NCBI RefSeq assembly: GCF_009914755.1
Contig: NC_060944.1
Strand: one strand, 5' to 3'
Length of the DNA: 64,000 nucleotides
From: the human T2T-CHM13v2.0 reference genome, Homo sapiens
Shown here: piece after piece, positions 29,697 through 53,019 of the stretch
Layout: each line of letters starts with the position of its first letter
How positions within the stretch are numbered: the first letter of the stretch is position 1
Translations under genes and position numbers: made by a program
Notes under the pieces: generated by a model
The model's database searches: none
Seen by the model: the letters and a program-made list of their open reading frames with translations, nothing else
What the model was told of the DNA's origin: nothing

Positions 29697-29947
29697 TCCT
29701 CATTCTCTTCTGTTTTGTTTTTGGTTGTTTTTCTTTCTTCTGTTTGATCTAGTCTGTTGTTGAAGCTCTCAATTGTATTTTTATTTCATTCATTGAATTT
29801 TTCAGTTCTAAGATTTGTTTGTTTTTTTGTTTAATGATTTCTATCTCTGCTGAATTTCTCGCTTAGATCATGAATCATCTTCCTGCTTTCCTTGTAGTGT
29901 CTGTGTTCTCTTCTATCTTCCTGAGTTTCCTTAAGATTATTATTTTG

Positions 29948-30161
<214 letters not shown>

Positions 30162-30775
30162 TGAATTTTTAAAAGGTATTTCATATATTTCCTTTTCTTT
30201 GGGGTCTGTTTTGGAAAATTATTGTGTTCCTTTGGTAATGTCGTGTTTTGCTTTATCATGTTTCTTTTGTCCCTGTGTTGATGTACGTGCAGTCACTTCT
30301 TCCAATTTTATGGAGTAGCTTTCACAGGGAAAGACCTTTTTCTGTAGATGTAGCTATAGTGTTGGTTGGATATGATACTCTGGCTTTGGTTCTGGTTGAG
30401 TGCAGTAGTGTAGTCTCCATATGATTTCTTCAGCTGTAATCAACGTCAGCAATATCCACAAGTTTCTCAGTGGCTTAGGCTGTGATTGTTTGTGGAAGCT
30501 GTGATTGTTTGTTTGCTGAGGACAAGGACATTAAATAGGCTGGGTTTTGGGCCCCTGAGGGGCACATGTGGGTGGGCAGCATCCCCTCTGCTAGAGGGGG
30601 CAGATTTGCTGATGTGGAGTCAGTGGATCCCAGGAAGGCTGGTCCCAGGTGGCAGGCCCCAGGTGGGCCAGTTCTTGGGCCCCTGTGGATTGCACACAGA
30701 CATGAGGCAGCCTCACCGCTGGGATGGGTGGGGTCACCAGTGCTGGTAGCAGTGGGCTCCAGGGTTGGCTACTAG

Positions 30776-31230
30776 TATGTCAAAGGAGATAGCTGAGAAG
30801 TAACATTAGTTTATCAGTGGATCTGGACCTGTAGAAAGATTTATTCCTTTGAGGATCATCTTTGCTTTCTGGAAAACTTCTTTAGTATCTGGGCCTGCTT
30901 CATGCTCATTCTATGATTCCTATATTGATTCCGCTTCCTATTTTTGCTCCTTATAATGACTGATTTCAAAACTGAGCCCTTCATATCCTGATTAGCAATA
31001 GATCTCAAGCTTTTGATTGGTAAATTTCAGACTGGTTGCTGCTACTATCCTTCCCTCTCTCTACTTTTTCTGAATGTCCAGCAGGGAGAGGATGAGTGCG
31101 ATTGGCTTTGCCACTTCTCTTCGACATTCTGGAGACTTTACCATCATAGCAATCTCATGGGTTAAGGGAAGTGAATAGCCAATATTTTACAGAGGGATTT
31201 CATTCCCCGGCTTTATATGCAGAAAATTCA
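30776..31230 (+). pseudogene. Candidate relic exon body, separated from its acceptor at 15040 by the L1MA insertion
   Basis: YVKGDS*EVTLVYQWIWTCRKIYSFEDHLCF...QRDFIPRLYMQKI; ~151 codons, 6 stops of which 5 are TGA. Confidence 0.42.
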
Positions 31231-31689
31231 GTATTCTTATGGTTCTAGTAATCTCTGTCTGTGGATACCTATTTCCTAGTCATCCTCCTTCCAGGTTACA
31301 TCTTGTGATCTAGTCAGGCTGTTCTTCTCTTTACCCCATAGATATGCCACCACACTCTGCCTCTCTGCCTTTTTCATGTCCTCTTCCCAACAATCCACAT
31401 ACTATCCATATATCAAGGTTCAGTTTAAATTTTTCTCTCTTCCATAAAGACTCTCCCAGCTAGGCCAGCCCTTCTGCTCTCCCTCTCCACTGATGTGCTA
31501 CTCCAACTTAAGAGTTCCTATTAAATGATTTCATTTATCTTTTTTGTTGTTGTTTCATCATTGTTGGAAGACATTATGTGGAAAGACCTGGATCCTGATG
31601 CCAGCTCTAGTACTAGCTTGGAATATATGATTGGGCATGAGACTTGACAGTTTCCACACATGTAGAATGAAGGGTATGGGCTTGTTACT

Positions 31690-35035
<3,346 letters not shown>

Positions 35036-35184
35036 AAATTTCCCAAAGGAGAAAAAGGCTACTTCTCGTCCAAATTTTTGTCTAAATATAGTTTAAATCC
35101 ACTTACCCATTTATAATGGTGATGGCCTTTGAGGAAGCTGATGTGGTGTCCTGAGCTGCATTTCAGGTTTGCAGGTGAGGTTAG

Positions 35185-35989
<805 letters not shown>

Positions 35990-36270
35990 TAAGAAATAGC
36001 ATTTTGAGGTAATAATATTTCTGAATTTTATGTAATTCATATTTTCTAAATTGTGTATAATTCAGTGTTTTCCTTATTCTAATCAATCCAAGATACATTT
36101 GTGAATATATTTCTATGTTCCAGATACTACTTATATTAACTTCAGTATATTAATTGAAGAACTGAGCCCTGAAACTTAAGTTTTGCCCAGGTCACATTTG
36201 ATGGCTAGTGGCAGAGTTGATTGGTTTTATATAAATTGATCCCTTTTTTTAACAGTTACAATTTTGAAAT

Positions 36271-36641
<371 letters not shown>

Positions 36642-37730
36642 TAAATGTTGAACTGCGTAGGGTCATGTAACCACCACCATAGTCAAAATAAAGAATATTT
36701 TCATTAACCCCTCAAATTCACTCTTTTTCTAAGTGTTTTAAAGTTTTAGATTTTATTCTTAGGTCTGTGACCCATTTTGAGTCGATTTTTGTGAAAAGTG
36801 TGAAGAAGTGTTGACCTAGTTTCTTTTTTCTCTCCTTCCTTCTTTTGCAAATGAATGTCCAATTATTTGGGCGCCATTTGTTGAACTGCCTTTTTGTCTT
36901 TGCTGAAAATCAATTGACATATGTGTACACCAAAAATTTCTGAACTCTCTCTTTTATTTCATTGATGGGTATATCTATAAACCTCACAAGTTTTAAATTG
37001 ATTAGTGTGGTTAAGACCTCACACTTACTGTCATCACTATTTCACCACTTACTTGAGCTGTGACATGCCAAAAAAGTACAAAGCAAAGCTATTTCTCCCT
37101 ATATTTTTGACTTTTTTAAATGCCTCAGACAACTGTAACTCATTGACATTTATATCTCAGAGCTAAAATACAGAGATTACATTTGGATCAACACCTTCAG
37201 TACTTATATCCTGAAACTAATTATGTTGCCAGTATAATGAAATGAAAATGTTAACATGTTTAAGCCTGTCATGTGAAAATATTTCAGATGTCACAATGAA
37301 ACCATTTATGCCATCCTTGTCATGGGTTGTCTCTGGTCCTATAATTACTTTCTGGCTTCCAGAAAATCCGTTTGAATATTTAAAATATTCAAGAATAAAA
37401 CATTACTGAGAAAGCAGAGATGGTTCTTTCTCTGACCTCCTAGTAAAAGTGTCTTTGTTTTTGTCTAACTTCATCTTGCCTGCCCTGAGTTTGAATTGCG
37501 CATCAAGATTGGGGGTACCCTGACTTTTTCCTTGCCTACATCCAAAGCAAGACTTCCTTGGTTCCTTTGACAAGAGCTGTAGTCCACCAGATGATTTAAA
37601 TCTAAGATACTCTTTCTTTCCAAGTCCATACTTAGTTGTAGGTAGATTTTGTCTCTATTGGCAGTGGTGGTGTCGGGAGTAGAGATAGAGCACCAACCAC
37701 TAAAAACTGTGCTCCTCCCTTTATCTCCAG

Positions 37731-38222
37731 GATCTGGAATTCTGAATTAGTCACTCCTGGGCATAGCCATGGCTGTTGGGGGAGAGGAATGAGAGGGGAA
37801 GTTTTTCACCTTGATCCATCCTGAGAACCCTGATCTCATCTGTTCTATTCACCAGTAGCTGTCATTCTCAAAGTACCATTCGGCGGCTTTCTTCGGCTTT
37901 GGAAACTTTCATCTCTGCCCTGGCACTCTTCACAGACTGAAGCTCCTTCCCACTTTGTACCATGCACATGGCTCAGCACCAGATTCCAAAAAGCTGGAGC
38001 TGGGCTTACAGATAGGAACATTTCTGCACCTTCTGAGGGTTGCACCAGGTTGTCTTCACTACACTGTGGTGTTACCTGTTTGCTAAAGCCCTGGGCCTGT
38101 CTTCTGATTGACTGCTTGTGGAGTGTGACTCTGAAGTTACTCTGTCCCAACACTCTTGGATGACTCACAAAAGGCAAGTTATTGCTCTTTTCTTGATGTC
38201 ATTTCCCTCTCTCCCTGATAAA
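37731..38222 (+). pseudogene. Candidate relic exon, 492 nt, symmetric phase 2-2
   Basis: ctcctccctttatctccag| ... AA|gtgagt; 164 codons with 4 stops, all TGA; 109 consecutive sense codons. Confidence 0.5.
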
Positions 38223-39065
38223 GTGAGTAGTCCTCCTTATCACCCCTTTGCCGATGTCAGAGCACAACTCATTATGCCAGGCTTGGGGGTTTACAGAGTT
38301 CCTCAGCACTTTGCAACACTCCTCCTCCCCACTCTACCCCAGTGTTATAACAGACCTTCTTAGCTCCCTTTTCTTGAGGGCATTACAGCCAGGAATAACT
38401 AGCTGAGTGGCGCTAAATGAAATGTATTCTAAGCCTCCCATTAAGCCACCCACCCTCATTGTGCTTATGGTACCTTATTTATAGGGACTCCTGTAATTGG
38501 ATAACATCTCTCCCCTTAGTTCTCTTCCTTTCCCTTCAAGCAGAAGCCAGCTGGGGTCAGAGGAGAGGCTGCTTTCACCTGCAGTCTCCATCACTCCGTC
38601 TGGCTTTCCAGATCTCAGTCTTATAGGGGGACACCTGTGCAAATGATTCCAGGGCATTTAGTCATGCCTGCCCTTGCCCTGTTTCCCAAGACACAACTGC
38701 CGGAGGCAGCCATTTAAAAATGTGGTATGTAGTCTTTTAGACTCCTTCATACATTTCCCTTTTTTACATACATGGGGTGATACTACATACTGTAGTCTTC
38801 TCTGTTTATGTACTCCTATATTGATGGCATTTTTCATGTTCTCAGCTGCATGAAATTCCATCGTATAATTCTAGCATGGTTTACTTCACCAGGTCCTTAT
38901 TGACTGTTGTTCCTGTTGCTACAATTTTCAGATGTTGTGAACAACGGTCCCATGGACGTCAGTGTATATACAGCTTTGTACACCTGAACAATGATTTTCT
39001 TAGACGTGGAATTGATAGAACTTTCATTTTGATACACTCTACCCTTTAGAAAAGTAGCACCATTT

Positions 39066-39373
<308 letters not shown>

Positions 39374-39893
39374 TTATGCTCTCACCAGCTGTATATAAGG
39401 GTCACCTTTTCCCCCACACACTTGCTAGCAATGAACTTTAGCCTTCTTTTTCATCTAAAACCATACCCATACCAGTGGAAACATGGTATTTTATTGTTTC
39501 AGTTTGCATTTCTGTAATCATTCATGGGACTGAGCATCATTTAATATACTTAATAGTCATTTGGATTTTTTCTGTGAATTGTCTGTTCGTATCTTTTTTC
39601 TACTGTGGTGTTCATCTTTTCTGTGTTGCTTTGTAAGAGTTCTTTATACGGTAAAAATATTAACTCTTTGTTTTGTGTATACATTACAGATATTTCCCCC
39701 AGTTTGGTGTTTGTTTTTTAATTTTGATTCAATGTCTTTTAATACATGGACCTTAAAATTTTTATGCAACTAAATCTGTTGGAGTTTCCTTTGTGGCTTT
39801 TGGTTTTTTATTCTTTTCCTGATCAAATATTATAAAAATATTTAAATGTCTTTATTGTTCCAATGATTTTTAAAAATCTTTTACATGTGGAAG

Positions 39894-40086
39894 ATCTGTC
39901 TTGTTATGAGGATGATAATGGTAGAATGACTTCCCATGTGAATGGTAGAAGGGTAATCTGAAGTCACCTTTTGGCAGGTCTGGAATCTTATGAACATCGC
40001 AGAAACTAGGTAGAACCTAGAGCCCAGTTTGATGACATTGGTGTGTCTACACAGAGGTTTACACAATTTCCTCAAGTGTATCATTA
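39894..40086 (+). pseudogene. Candidate relic exon (DLSCYEDDNGRMTSHVNGRRVI*...FTQFPQVYH)
   Basis: 2 stops in ~64 codons; donor |gtaaat; weak acceptor. Confidence 0.33.
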
Positions 40087-40308
40087 GTAAATGAGAGGTA
40101 GAACCTGTGATTCTCTTGTTATTGTTATTAAGTTGAGCAAACCTTTTATTTCCAGCCTTAGTCAAATCTATACCAACTTTATCATCTGTAAGCCACTAAC
40201 AAGTCAGGCTAGATTTTTCTGTATAAAGGGAAAGAGTCCTGGCTAAGCAATATGTTAATTACTATTGTAGCCACTCTGAGAAACACAATGGACACCCTTT
40301 CAAAATTT

Positions 40309-40691
40309 GTTTCAGATGTTGAGACTGATGATGACACACACACACACACACGCACACACACACCAAGAGTGTGAAAAGGTTAATTATGTACATAATTGTG
40401 GTCTCCGGAGAGAGCAGAGCAGGCATCCCAAGTGAGTCTCAAATGGCTTGAGAGGGCAGGAAACGAGAAGCCTGGCTAGGGCTTTTATTGGGGTTGTGGC
40501 TGGGGCTGGAGAGAGGATTCCTTTATGCAGGCAGTGGTTTGCATGGTTGGAATCTTCCCCCAGTGCCAAAGGAGGGAGCCCCCAGACTTTCTTATCAGCT
40601 TACCCAGTTATGGGGCAGAGTGGCAGAGGGAGGGTGAGGCTCAAAAGCAGATAGCAGTCAAATGTCTAAAACCAGAGTTAGACTCCTTATA
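40309..40691. mobile_element. ERVL-type LTR (MER76-like) with (CA)n
   Basis: gagactgatgatgacacaca...ccaagagtgtgaaaagg...tcttatcagc. Confidence 0.55.
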
Positions 40692-41743
40692 ATCTCCAGT
40701 CACTGAGCAGTTACATTGACATATCCTTAGGCTCCTTCAAGTGCTGAAGGGTGGGAGCACTGGTATATCAGAGAGTTCGCTCCCCAAAGTGCTAGTTTAC
40801 GTCCATGTTTATGTAGTTGCTAATGGCAAGAGACAACCAACCAACCATTATTAAAAATAAAAACATTTGTGTCAGGAACTTCAAATGATCATGATGTGGG
40901 TGTTGACCGCATCTACACTGAGGCAGCTGGATGGCCCTGACTTTTATGTTGAGACAGATTTTAAATGACTCAACCATGTGGACATACAACCACCTTATAC
41001 TCCTCTAACAATAATGCCTGTCCTCTGAGTTTTTTCGTTACTTGGTGATTTAGTTACTAATGTCCTATGAATCATATGTCAGCAATGCATTTATTTCTAG
41101 CCTACTGAGTGTCAAAGCTCGGGTAAACTGTGGCTATTTTCCTTTGTGAAAATTCCATTCGTTGACATGTGATTTTCTCATTTCCTCCTGAAACCATTCC
41201 ATCATTGTCAGTAATCTTATTCTCTCTCTTTAGGCAGTAGTTACTGCTCTTGACTGCTTGCTTTTCAGATTTTCTGTCTTTCTTGGTAACCACTTTGATC
41301 ACTACAAACTAACGTAGTATAGAATTTATTTCTTGGATATGCCTGCTTTTGTTGAGTGTGTAAATGGCCATTTCAGTTTAGTGGGTTCTTTGACTTAGAT
41401 TAACTACATATATCTTTGTGACCATTTTTAGTTTGAGATAAGTTGGACTCCATGTTCAATACTAATTTTCAAGGCCTGAATGATTGGGTTGGCAAAACTG
41501 AAGAATCAAATATTACTCATTTTTCACCACTTAATGCTATGCTATGTGATTAATTTTTGCATTCTGTAAAGCTTGTCCTATACCAGGCTCTTGTGTCATA
41601 AATTCCATTTGTAGTTATTTGTTTTTAAAAGATTAGTATTCTATTCTTTTGTTTCTATACTACTGTGCCTTTTTAAATCCTTTGATACATGTTTCCTACA
41701 TAGGTTTTTGTTATGTGTTAGATAGTTTGCTTTCATTTTCAAG

Positions 41744-41949
41744 GCATTATTCAAGTGTCTTTCACTGCAGAAATCCTTTTTATTCCATTTCTCTGCTTGT
41801 CAGAATTCCAAACCAGAAATTTCTGAGAGAGCAACAGGAATTTCACACTTAGTTCAAGTTCATGAGGTTGAGAGATTTCTTTGCTAGACATATTTGGCAG
41901 AAATAAAAATTGTTAATATAGAAACCTCTCAAAAATTAAAAATGGGAAA
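41744..41949 (+). pseudogene. Candidate relic exon (ALFKCLSLQKSFLFHF...ERFLC*TYLAEIKIVNIETSQKLKMG)
   Basis: ttgctttcattttcaag| ... AA|gtaaca; 1 stop in 68 codons; phase-2 end matches the 44143 exon start. Confidence 0.45.
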
Positions 41950-42785
41950 GTAACAATCATTGATCCCGCTTTTCTGGAAAATGTTGGACAAAATTTTACT
42001 TAAAACAGGGGCAATAATTTTCAAGTCATGAGTGATATTGGCTTCTTGTAATTAAAACTAAAAATTCAGTAGTAAAATGCAAATAAATCATAATGTCAGC
42101 ATTTACATGGATTAGATTTGTTTATTAAGTCAAATGGAATTATATCAGTAAGCTCTGAACTCAGAAAAATTTAAGCAATTACTGTACAATCCTGACAGAA
42201 CCTATACTATAACATGACCAATGTAATCATTATAATCTGTCAAAATCACATTTAGTGTACCTACATGTTGATTATTGAAAGAGAACTATATCTTGTTCCT
42301 TATGAAAATAAACACAATACTAATATGATGATGAAATAATGCTATAAAAGTAAAATCATGATGTTCAGACATAATTTCCCCAAAACAGGTATCTAAAATG
42401 TTAAACTTTAATCATCCTGTTGGCACAGTTGGCAGCATGTCAGTCTTATAAAATGTTAAACTTTAATACAATCTGATGATCCTCCGATGTTACTATTTAA
42501 TGTTGTAGTTTATGCTTATGTTCATAAGAAAATATGGCAATGTCAAATATTGTTCTCATTTACCATTAGAATGTTTCTGTCATCCTTCAAGAGGTCTGAA
42601 TAGATCATGGAACCATGTTCAAGGGCTGCTGTATTAGTAAGTAGTTACTTATTTCTCTGGGTCAGTGAATCAGATTTTAGCATGTGATTGCATGGCATCT
42701 TAAAGCATTTGGAAAGGCTGGAATTAGGAGTGGCATGATGTTTTCATCTTTCTAATACGTAGAATCTGTACTAAAGATATAAAGA

Positions 42786-43120
42786 TATAATAGCTAATTT
42801 TGTGTATCAACTTGACCAAGCCATGGTGCCCAGTTGTTTAGTCTAATACCAGTCTAGGTGTTGCTGTGAAGGTACTGTTTAAACTGATTAACACTTAAAT
42901 CAGTAGGCTTTGAGCTAGCATATTACTCTCCATAATGTACGTGGGCCTTGTCCAATCAGTTACAGACATTATGAGAAAAGAGCGAGGTCCCCAGAGGAAG
43001 GAGTTCTGTCTCCAGCCTGGTCTGCAGATTTGAGACTTTCCAGCTCCACAATCACATGAGTCAATTCATATATATATATATATCCTTTTGGTTCTGTTTC
43101 TCTGGAGAACCCTGACTAAC
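42786..43120 (+). mobile_element. MLT2-type LTR
   Basis: taattttgtgtatcaacttgac ... tctgtttctctggagaaccctgactaa. Confidence 0.8.
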
Positions 43121-43139
43121 TGGTAATTAAAAAATTAAT

Positions 43140-43612
<473 letters not shown>

Positions 43613-43699
43613 ATATTCTAAAATATAAAACACCCCAACCTCATTATGTGACATTATCTTCTCAATAGTTTTCCTCTAAACTCTGCTCAGCCTGCCTGC

Positions 43700-44040
43700 C
43701 TTTCTTTTCTTTTCTTTTTCTTTCTTTCTTTCTTTCTTTTTCTTTTTTTTTGTGAGACAGGTTCTCACTTTATTGCCCTTTATTGGAGTGAAGTGGTGCA
43801 GTCATAGCTCCCTACAGTCTCAGACTCCTGGGTTCAAGCACTCCTCCTGTCTCAGCCTCCTGAATAGCTGGGAATACAGGTGCATGCCACTACACCTGGC
43901 TCATTAAAACAAAATTATTTTTGTAGAGATGAGAGCTAACTATGTTGCCCAGGTTAGTCTTGAGCTCCTGGCCTCCAGTGATCCTCCTGCCTTGGCCTCC
44001 AAAGTGTTGGGATTATAGATGTGAGCTACTGTACCAAGTC
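43700..44040 (-). mobile_element. AluJ-like
   Basis: Alu consensus, reverse. Confidence 0.85.
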
Positions 44041-44142
44041 TTATTTTTTATATAAAGGATATCTGAATACTATTTTAGAAATTTGTTATTTTTAATTCTG
44101 CTTTGTCCTGAACAACTCTTTCTGCATTTTGAGACCCCTTAG

Positions 44143-44388
44143 GCACAATCCTCATACTGATGTTGAAAGATGGCTTTTGTGTGTGGTGATAAACCATGGA
44201 GAGAAGAATTATGGTATTAATTTCCTGCCTGAAAAGATAGAGATGGCTCCATTGTGGGACTTCCCCATGCATTCGAACAGCCTGTTTCACATGTCTCTAG
44301 ACAAGTTATAAAATGAATGTTCCTGTTGTGCTAGGGCTGAGATGAAGGGAAAATTATATTCCTTATGCCCTCTTTTCTCACTTACAAG
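44143..44388 (+). pseudogene. Candidate relic exon, 246 nt, symmetric phase 2-2 (HNPHTDVERWLLCVVINHGEKNYG...YSLCPLFSLT)
   Basis: ccccttag| ... AAG|gtaaaa; 1 stop in 82 codons. Confidence 0.5.
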
Positions 44389-44597
44389 GTAAAATCAGGT
44401 TAATCTAGAAGGAGGAAGTAGTCACAGAACATTTATGTGGTCTGAAGTTTGTGTGTGGAAGTGAGAAGAGTCAGTTGTATTCTCTCTGATGGTGGCAGTG
44501 GCAGTAGCGTTACAGGTCAAATAGATTCAGAGAGCACCGACCGATGCAGTATCCTCCTGCTGTCATTTCCATTGATCACTGCCTAGTTGCCAATTAG

Positions 44598-44987
<390 letters not shown>

Positions 44988-45169
44988 TAAGCACCTAGTA
45001 TACACCAGAGCTTGTTTTAGCAGCTAGTGTTATGCAATATGAATAAAATCCAGTTTCTTCCCCTAAATAGATTGTTCCAGTTTATAGTACAACATGACAA
45101 ATACTAGAACACAAATTTGTAAAAATTAACCATGGAAATACCATCATTTCTTTTCTTTGTCTTGCCTAC

Positions 45170-47690
<2,521 letters not shown>

Positions 47691-48659
47691 TAAAAAAGCT
47701 GCTACAAAAGGATAAATTAAAGTAGAATTGCTGAGTAAAATGGTAAGCATATTTTTATTCAAATGTCAAACTGCTTTCCAGGAAGATGGTCCAATTTAGA
47801 TCGTCTTTCCCCATCCTTGCAGGAGACGGATTGGGCAGCAATGGGCTTGTCAATCATTTTAACCTTTGCCAAACTGATAAGTGAAAAGTGTATCTTGATA
47901 TTGTTTGATTTTCATTAAAAAAATTTTAAGTGAAGCCAAACATATTTCACATATTAGGTAATCATGAGTACTCTTTATTTTTCTGAATTGTCTGTTAATG
48001 TTTTTTGTTTCTATTAAGGTGTTAATTCATTTCCTGTTTAATTTATAAGCAACTTTTGTTTGTTAGGAATAGTAACTTCATTTCTATTTGTCATTTTGAC
48101 TCTAGCTTTATTATTTTGGAGTCTACTTTGAGTTTTTTACTGATTAGTTATTCTCTTATAACTTTTATGATTATTGCTTCCACTACAACATTGTAGAGAC
48201 TATGCCTTTAAGGTAATTAAGTATTTTCTATAACCTAAATACTTGATCAAATTTTATAAATGTTTCCTGATGCTGGATAAGAAGGTAAGTTCTGTTTTTA
48301 AAGTAAAATGCTTGATGCTTATCATTTAAACCAACCTTTATATTATTCAGATAGATTTCAATGCTTCTGACTTGGATTGGAAAAAGCATATCAGAATAAT
48401 CAGAAATTTATGCTCAGTTCACCTCTCTTCCATACGTTTTATTCTGATCCAATGGGCCTCATTTATTCTGGCTCCTGCTTCTCTTGTTGAGAACAGTAGT
48501 ATTATAGTCCTTCTTACTCAGCTCAGAGGTGAATCTCTCCCCGGAAATTGTCATCAGAAGTGTTAAGCCTCATCCCTGGGGGCAGTGTACATCCAATGAC
48601 TGGTTGATAGATACAGGAATACAAAAGTCTGCCCTCCTTGCCTCAATGGGGACATTTTT

Positions 48660-49690
<1,031 letters not shown>

Positions 49691-50652
49691 TCAGAGTCTG
49701 TTTCTGGAGAACCTGACCTATGATAGTTACTTTTTGTTTATTTGATCTGTCAGAGATAGAGGGAGAATCAGAAAAGATTCTTTCCTTGCTTCTATTCTAC
49801 CTCCTGCTGCCCTGCTCATATGAAAACTGGTAAATTTATTATTGCAAGTGCAAGATACAAATATATAACTTTTGTATGTTTTGATGCATTTCTATTTAGA
49901 AATTACAAGTTCATGAAGCTAATTCATTTTGAATTGTATTCTTTTATTTGCTCTGATATTCTTTGCCCATTTAATATTTTGCCCTAAATTCTAATCTGTT
50001 TGATATTAGTATTGTACCCCTGCTTTTTTATTCTTTGAATCTGTCTGATAGACACTGGCCTGACCTTAACATTTGTGATATCACATTATTGTTACTGAAT
50101 CAAAGAATTTGTCTTTTAATGTATTTTAATTATTATTATAATTGATAATAATTATTATAACTGGTATGTCTTATCTTGCTTCTGTCATTTTGTTTTGTGT
50201 TTCCTGGTTTTTATCTTTTTTTCCTTTGCCTTTTGTAGATAGTTCTCTGTGTGTGTACTATGTGTTTTGCATTCATCTTCAGTGATCAAAAAGGGATATA
50301 TCCTGTTTTAAATTCTGCTAATGATTACCTTTAAGTTTCCACAAATAGTATTTAACCGTTATTTCTATACTCTTCAGAGACAGAAGAAAATACAAAGTCA
50401 AAGTCTGTTTTATTAAGCAAGAGATTTGGCATAATTTCATTCCTCTCCTCATTTCTGTTTTTATGTTACTGAGTTTTAGATCCAAATAGTTGGTAAATTT
50501 TTACATTATATTTTATTATAATTTTTGTGAAGGGTGGTTGTATAATTTTATTTGCATTATAGATTTTTACATTTTTAAGTCAATTTAAAAGATTAACATT
50601 TCTTTCTCTTTTCATTGTGGTAATATATACAACATAATTTTTTTACATTTAA

Positions 50653-50940
<288 letters not shown>

Positions 50941-51041
50941 AATATAACCAACATTTTGAATTCCATTTCAGTTTATTACAATATAAACTACCAATCCATA
51001 TGCCATCACCTCTTTCTCTCTCTTCCTCCTCTCAATCAAAG

Positions 51042-51352
51042 ATGAATTTACTTGTGTGTCTGACAAAGGAAAGCAACATCATTTAGGTGTGAGCTCAAGT
51101 TCTCTCAGCAAAAATTTGAAGAGTTAAATATATGATGAAAAAAGTATTTCAAATAATGTAATATTCTGATTGAGTGTCTGGTTGGCAGATTACAAATATT
51201 ATACAGCTTTCTTTGAGAGAGATCAGTCTTGTTTCACATCATTGATGCTGGGAAACTGGCTTCAATCAGGTCAAGAATGGGTTGTGTAAAATTCCAAGGG
51301 GCCTAGAGTCATGCAGTAGACGTGCTGAATTTCAACAAAACAGTCCACAGAA
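51042..51352 (+). pseudogene. Weak candidate relic exon, truncated by L1
   Basis: Long pyrimidine tract ending aag|; protein-like (LSVWLADYKYYTAFFERDQSCF) but 5 stops in ~103 codons, close to random. Confidence 0.25.
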
Positions 51353-51354
51353 GT

Positions 51355-52650
51355 TTTGATTGTAATTATGTTGCACCCACAGATCAATATACGGAGAACT
51401 ATCATTCTGACAATATTGAGTTTTGCAATTCATGAACATTATTTAGTTCTTCTTTAATTTTTACCAGTAATGTTTTCAGTATATATGTATTCCATATATT
51501 TAAATTTATCTCTGAATATGTTATAGTTTTGTTGCTATTGTAAATGATATCTTTTAAATTTAATTTTTGGATTGTTTGTTGTTAGTATATAAAAATACAA
51601 TTGACTTGTGCATATTTACCTTGTGTCCTGTGACCTTGTTAAATTCATTTACTAGTTCTAGTGTTTTTTGGTAGATTCCTTTGGTATTTTTTACATATAT
51701 TATCTTATTTATGAATATAGTGTTACTTCTTCCTTTTCAATCTCTTGCTTTTATTTCATTTTCTTGACTTATAACAAAGATAAATTCAATATTGAATAGA
51801 AGCGATGAAAGAAAACAACCTTGCTTTATTTCCAAGCTTAGGGGGAAAGCATTCAGTCATTCACTAGTAAGTATTATGCTATCTATACTTATTTTTTTTT
51901 CCTGGTGCCCTTTATCAGTTTGAGAAAGTTTTCTTCTAATTCTAGGTTGCTGTGAGTTTTTATCTTCAATAAATGTTGAATTTTGTCAAATGCTTTTTAG
52001 GCATATGGTGTTCTCCTTTTTTTTCTTTTTTTGTTTTTGAGATGGGGTCTCTTTCACCCAGGCTGGAGTGTAGTGCAATCTCGGCTCACTGCAATCTCAG
52101 CTCAGTTTTCTTCTAATTCGAGGTTGCTGTGAGTTTTTATCTTCAATAAATGTTAAATTTTTTCAAATGCTTTTTAGGCATATGGTTTGTCCTTTTTTGT
52201 TTTTTGAGATGGGGTCTCTTTCACCCAGGCTGGAGTGCAGTGGTGCAGTCTCGGCTCACTGCAACCTCCGCTTCGCGAGCTCAAGTTCAGGATTCTTGTG
52301 ATTTAGCTTCTGGAGTAGGTGGGACCACAGGCAGGTGGCACCACACCCAGCTAATTTTTTTTTTGTAGAGACAGGGTTTTGCCATGTTGCCCAGGCTGGT
52401 CTCGAACTCCTGAACTCAAGTGATCCACCTGCCTCAGCTTCCCAAAGTTCTGGGATTATAGGCATGAGCCACAGTGCCTGGCCTCGCTTTTTCCTTTATT
52501 CTATCAATGTGGTGAATTATGTTGATTTTTAAAGAATATTAAACCAATTTTGCCTTATTGGGATAAACCTTACTTCATTACGATGTATTATCTTTTTTAT
52601 AAAATAATGAATTTCATAAATTTTAAAAAGACTTTTACATCTCTCTTCTA
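51355..52650 (-). mobile_element. L1M ORF2 remnant with Alu (52193-52483) and a 177-bp tandem duplication
   Basis: Degenerate L1 sequence; duplicated L1/Alu junction. Confidence 0.75.
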
Positions 52651-52835
52651 CTTCTCTATTTTTTGAGCTCTGCTTTTCCCCCTGATCTCTTGGTCTACTG
52701 TAGTATACTTTTAATGCTTTTTTTTAAGGTATGTTTTTTTGAAAAAGCCTATAATACTATTTATTATCAGATATAAAAGTAAGTATAATTCCATGATATA
52801 AAATTGTCATTGTTCATACATGACTATATATGTGT

Positions 52836-52840
52836 ATCTG

Positions 52841-52886
<46 letters not shown>

Positions 52887-52895
52887 CATCCATCC
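52836..52895. repeat. (TCTA)n/(TCCA)n tetranucleotide STR
   Basis: Direct inspection. Confidence 0.95.
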
Positions 52896-53019
52896 ATATA
52901 TCCTCTCTATATAAATGGGAGTATACTATACACACTAATTTTTACTTTGTTGTTGTTTTTTAAATCTAACAGTATATCCTAGAAATCACTCTATAGAGAT
53001 ATAGATATATTTCTCATAT

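Noticed and set aside
40875-41315. Further exon-like segments (40875, 41101; also 54793 and 5098)
   Set aside because: Acceptors are present but the frame is ambiguous and stop counts are uninformative.
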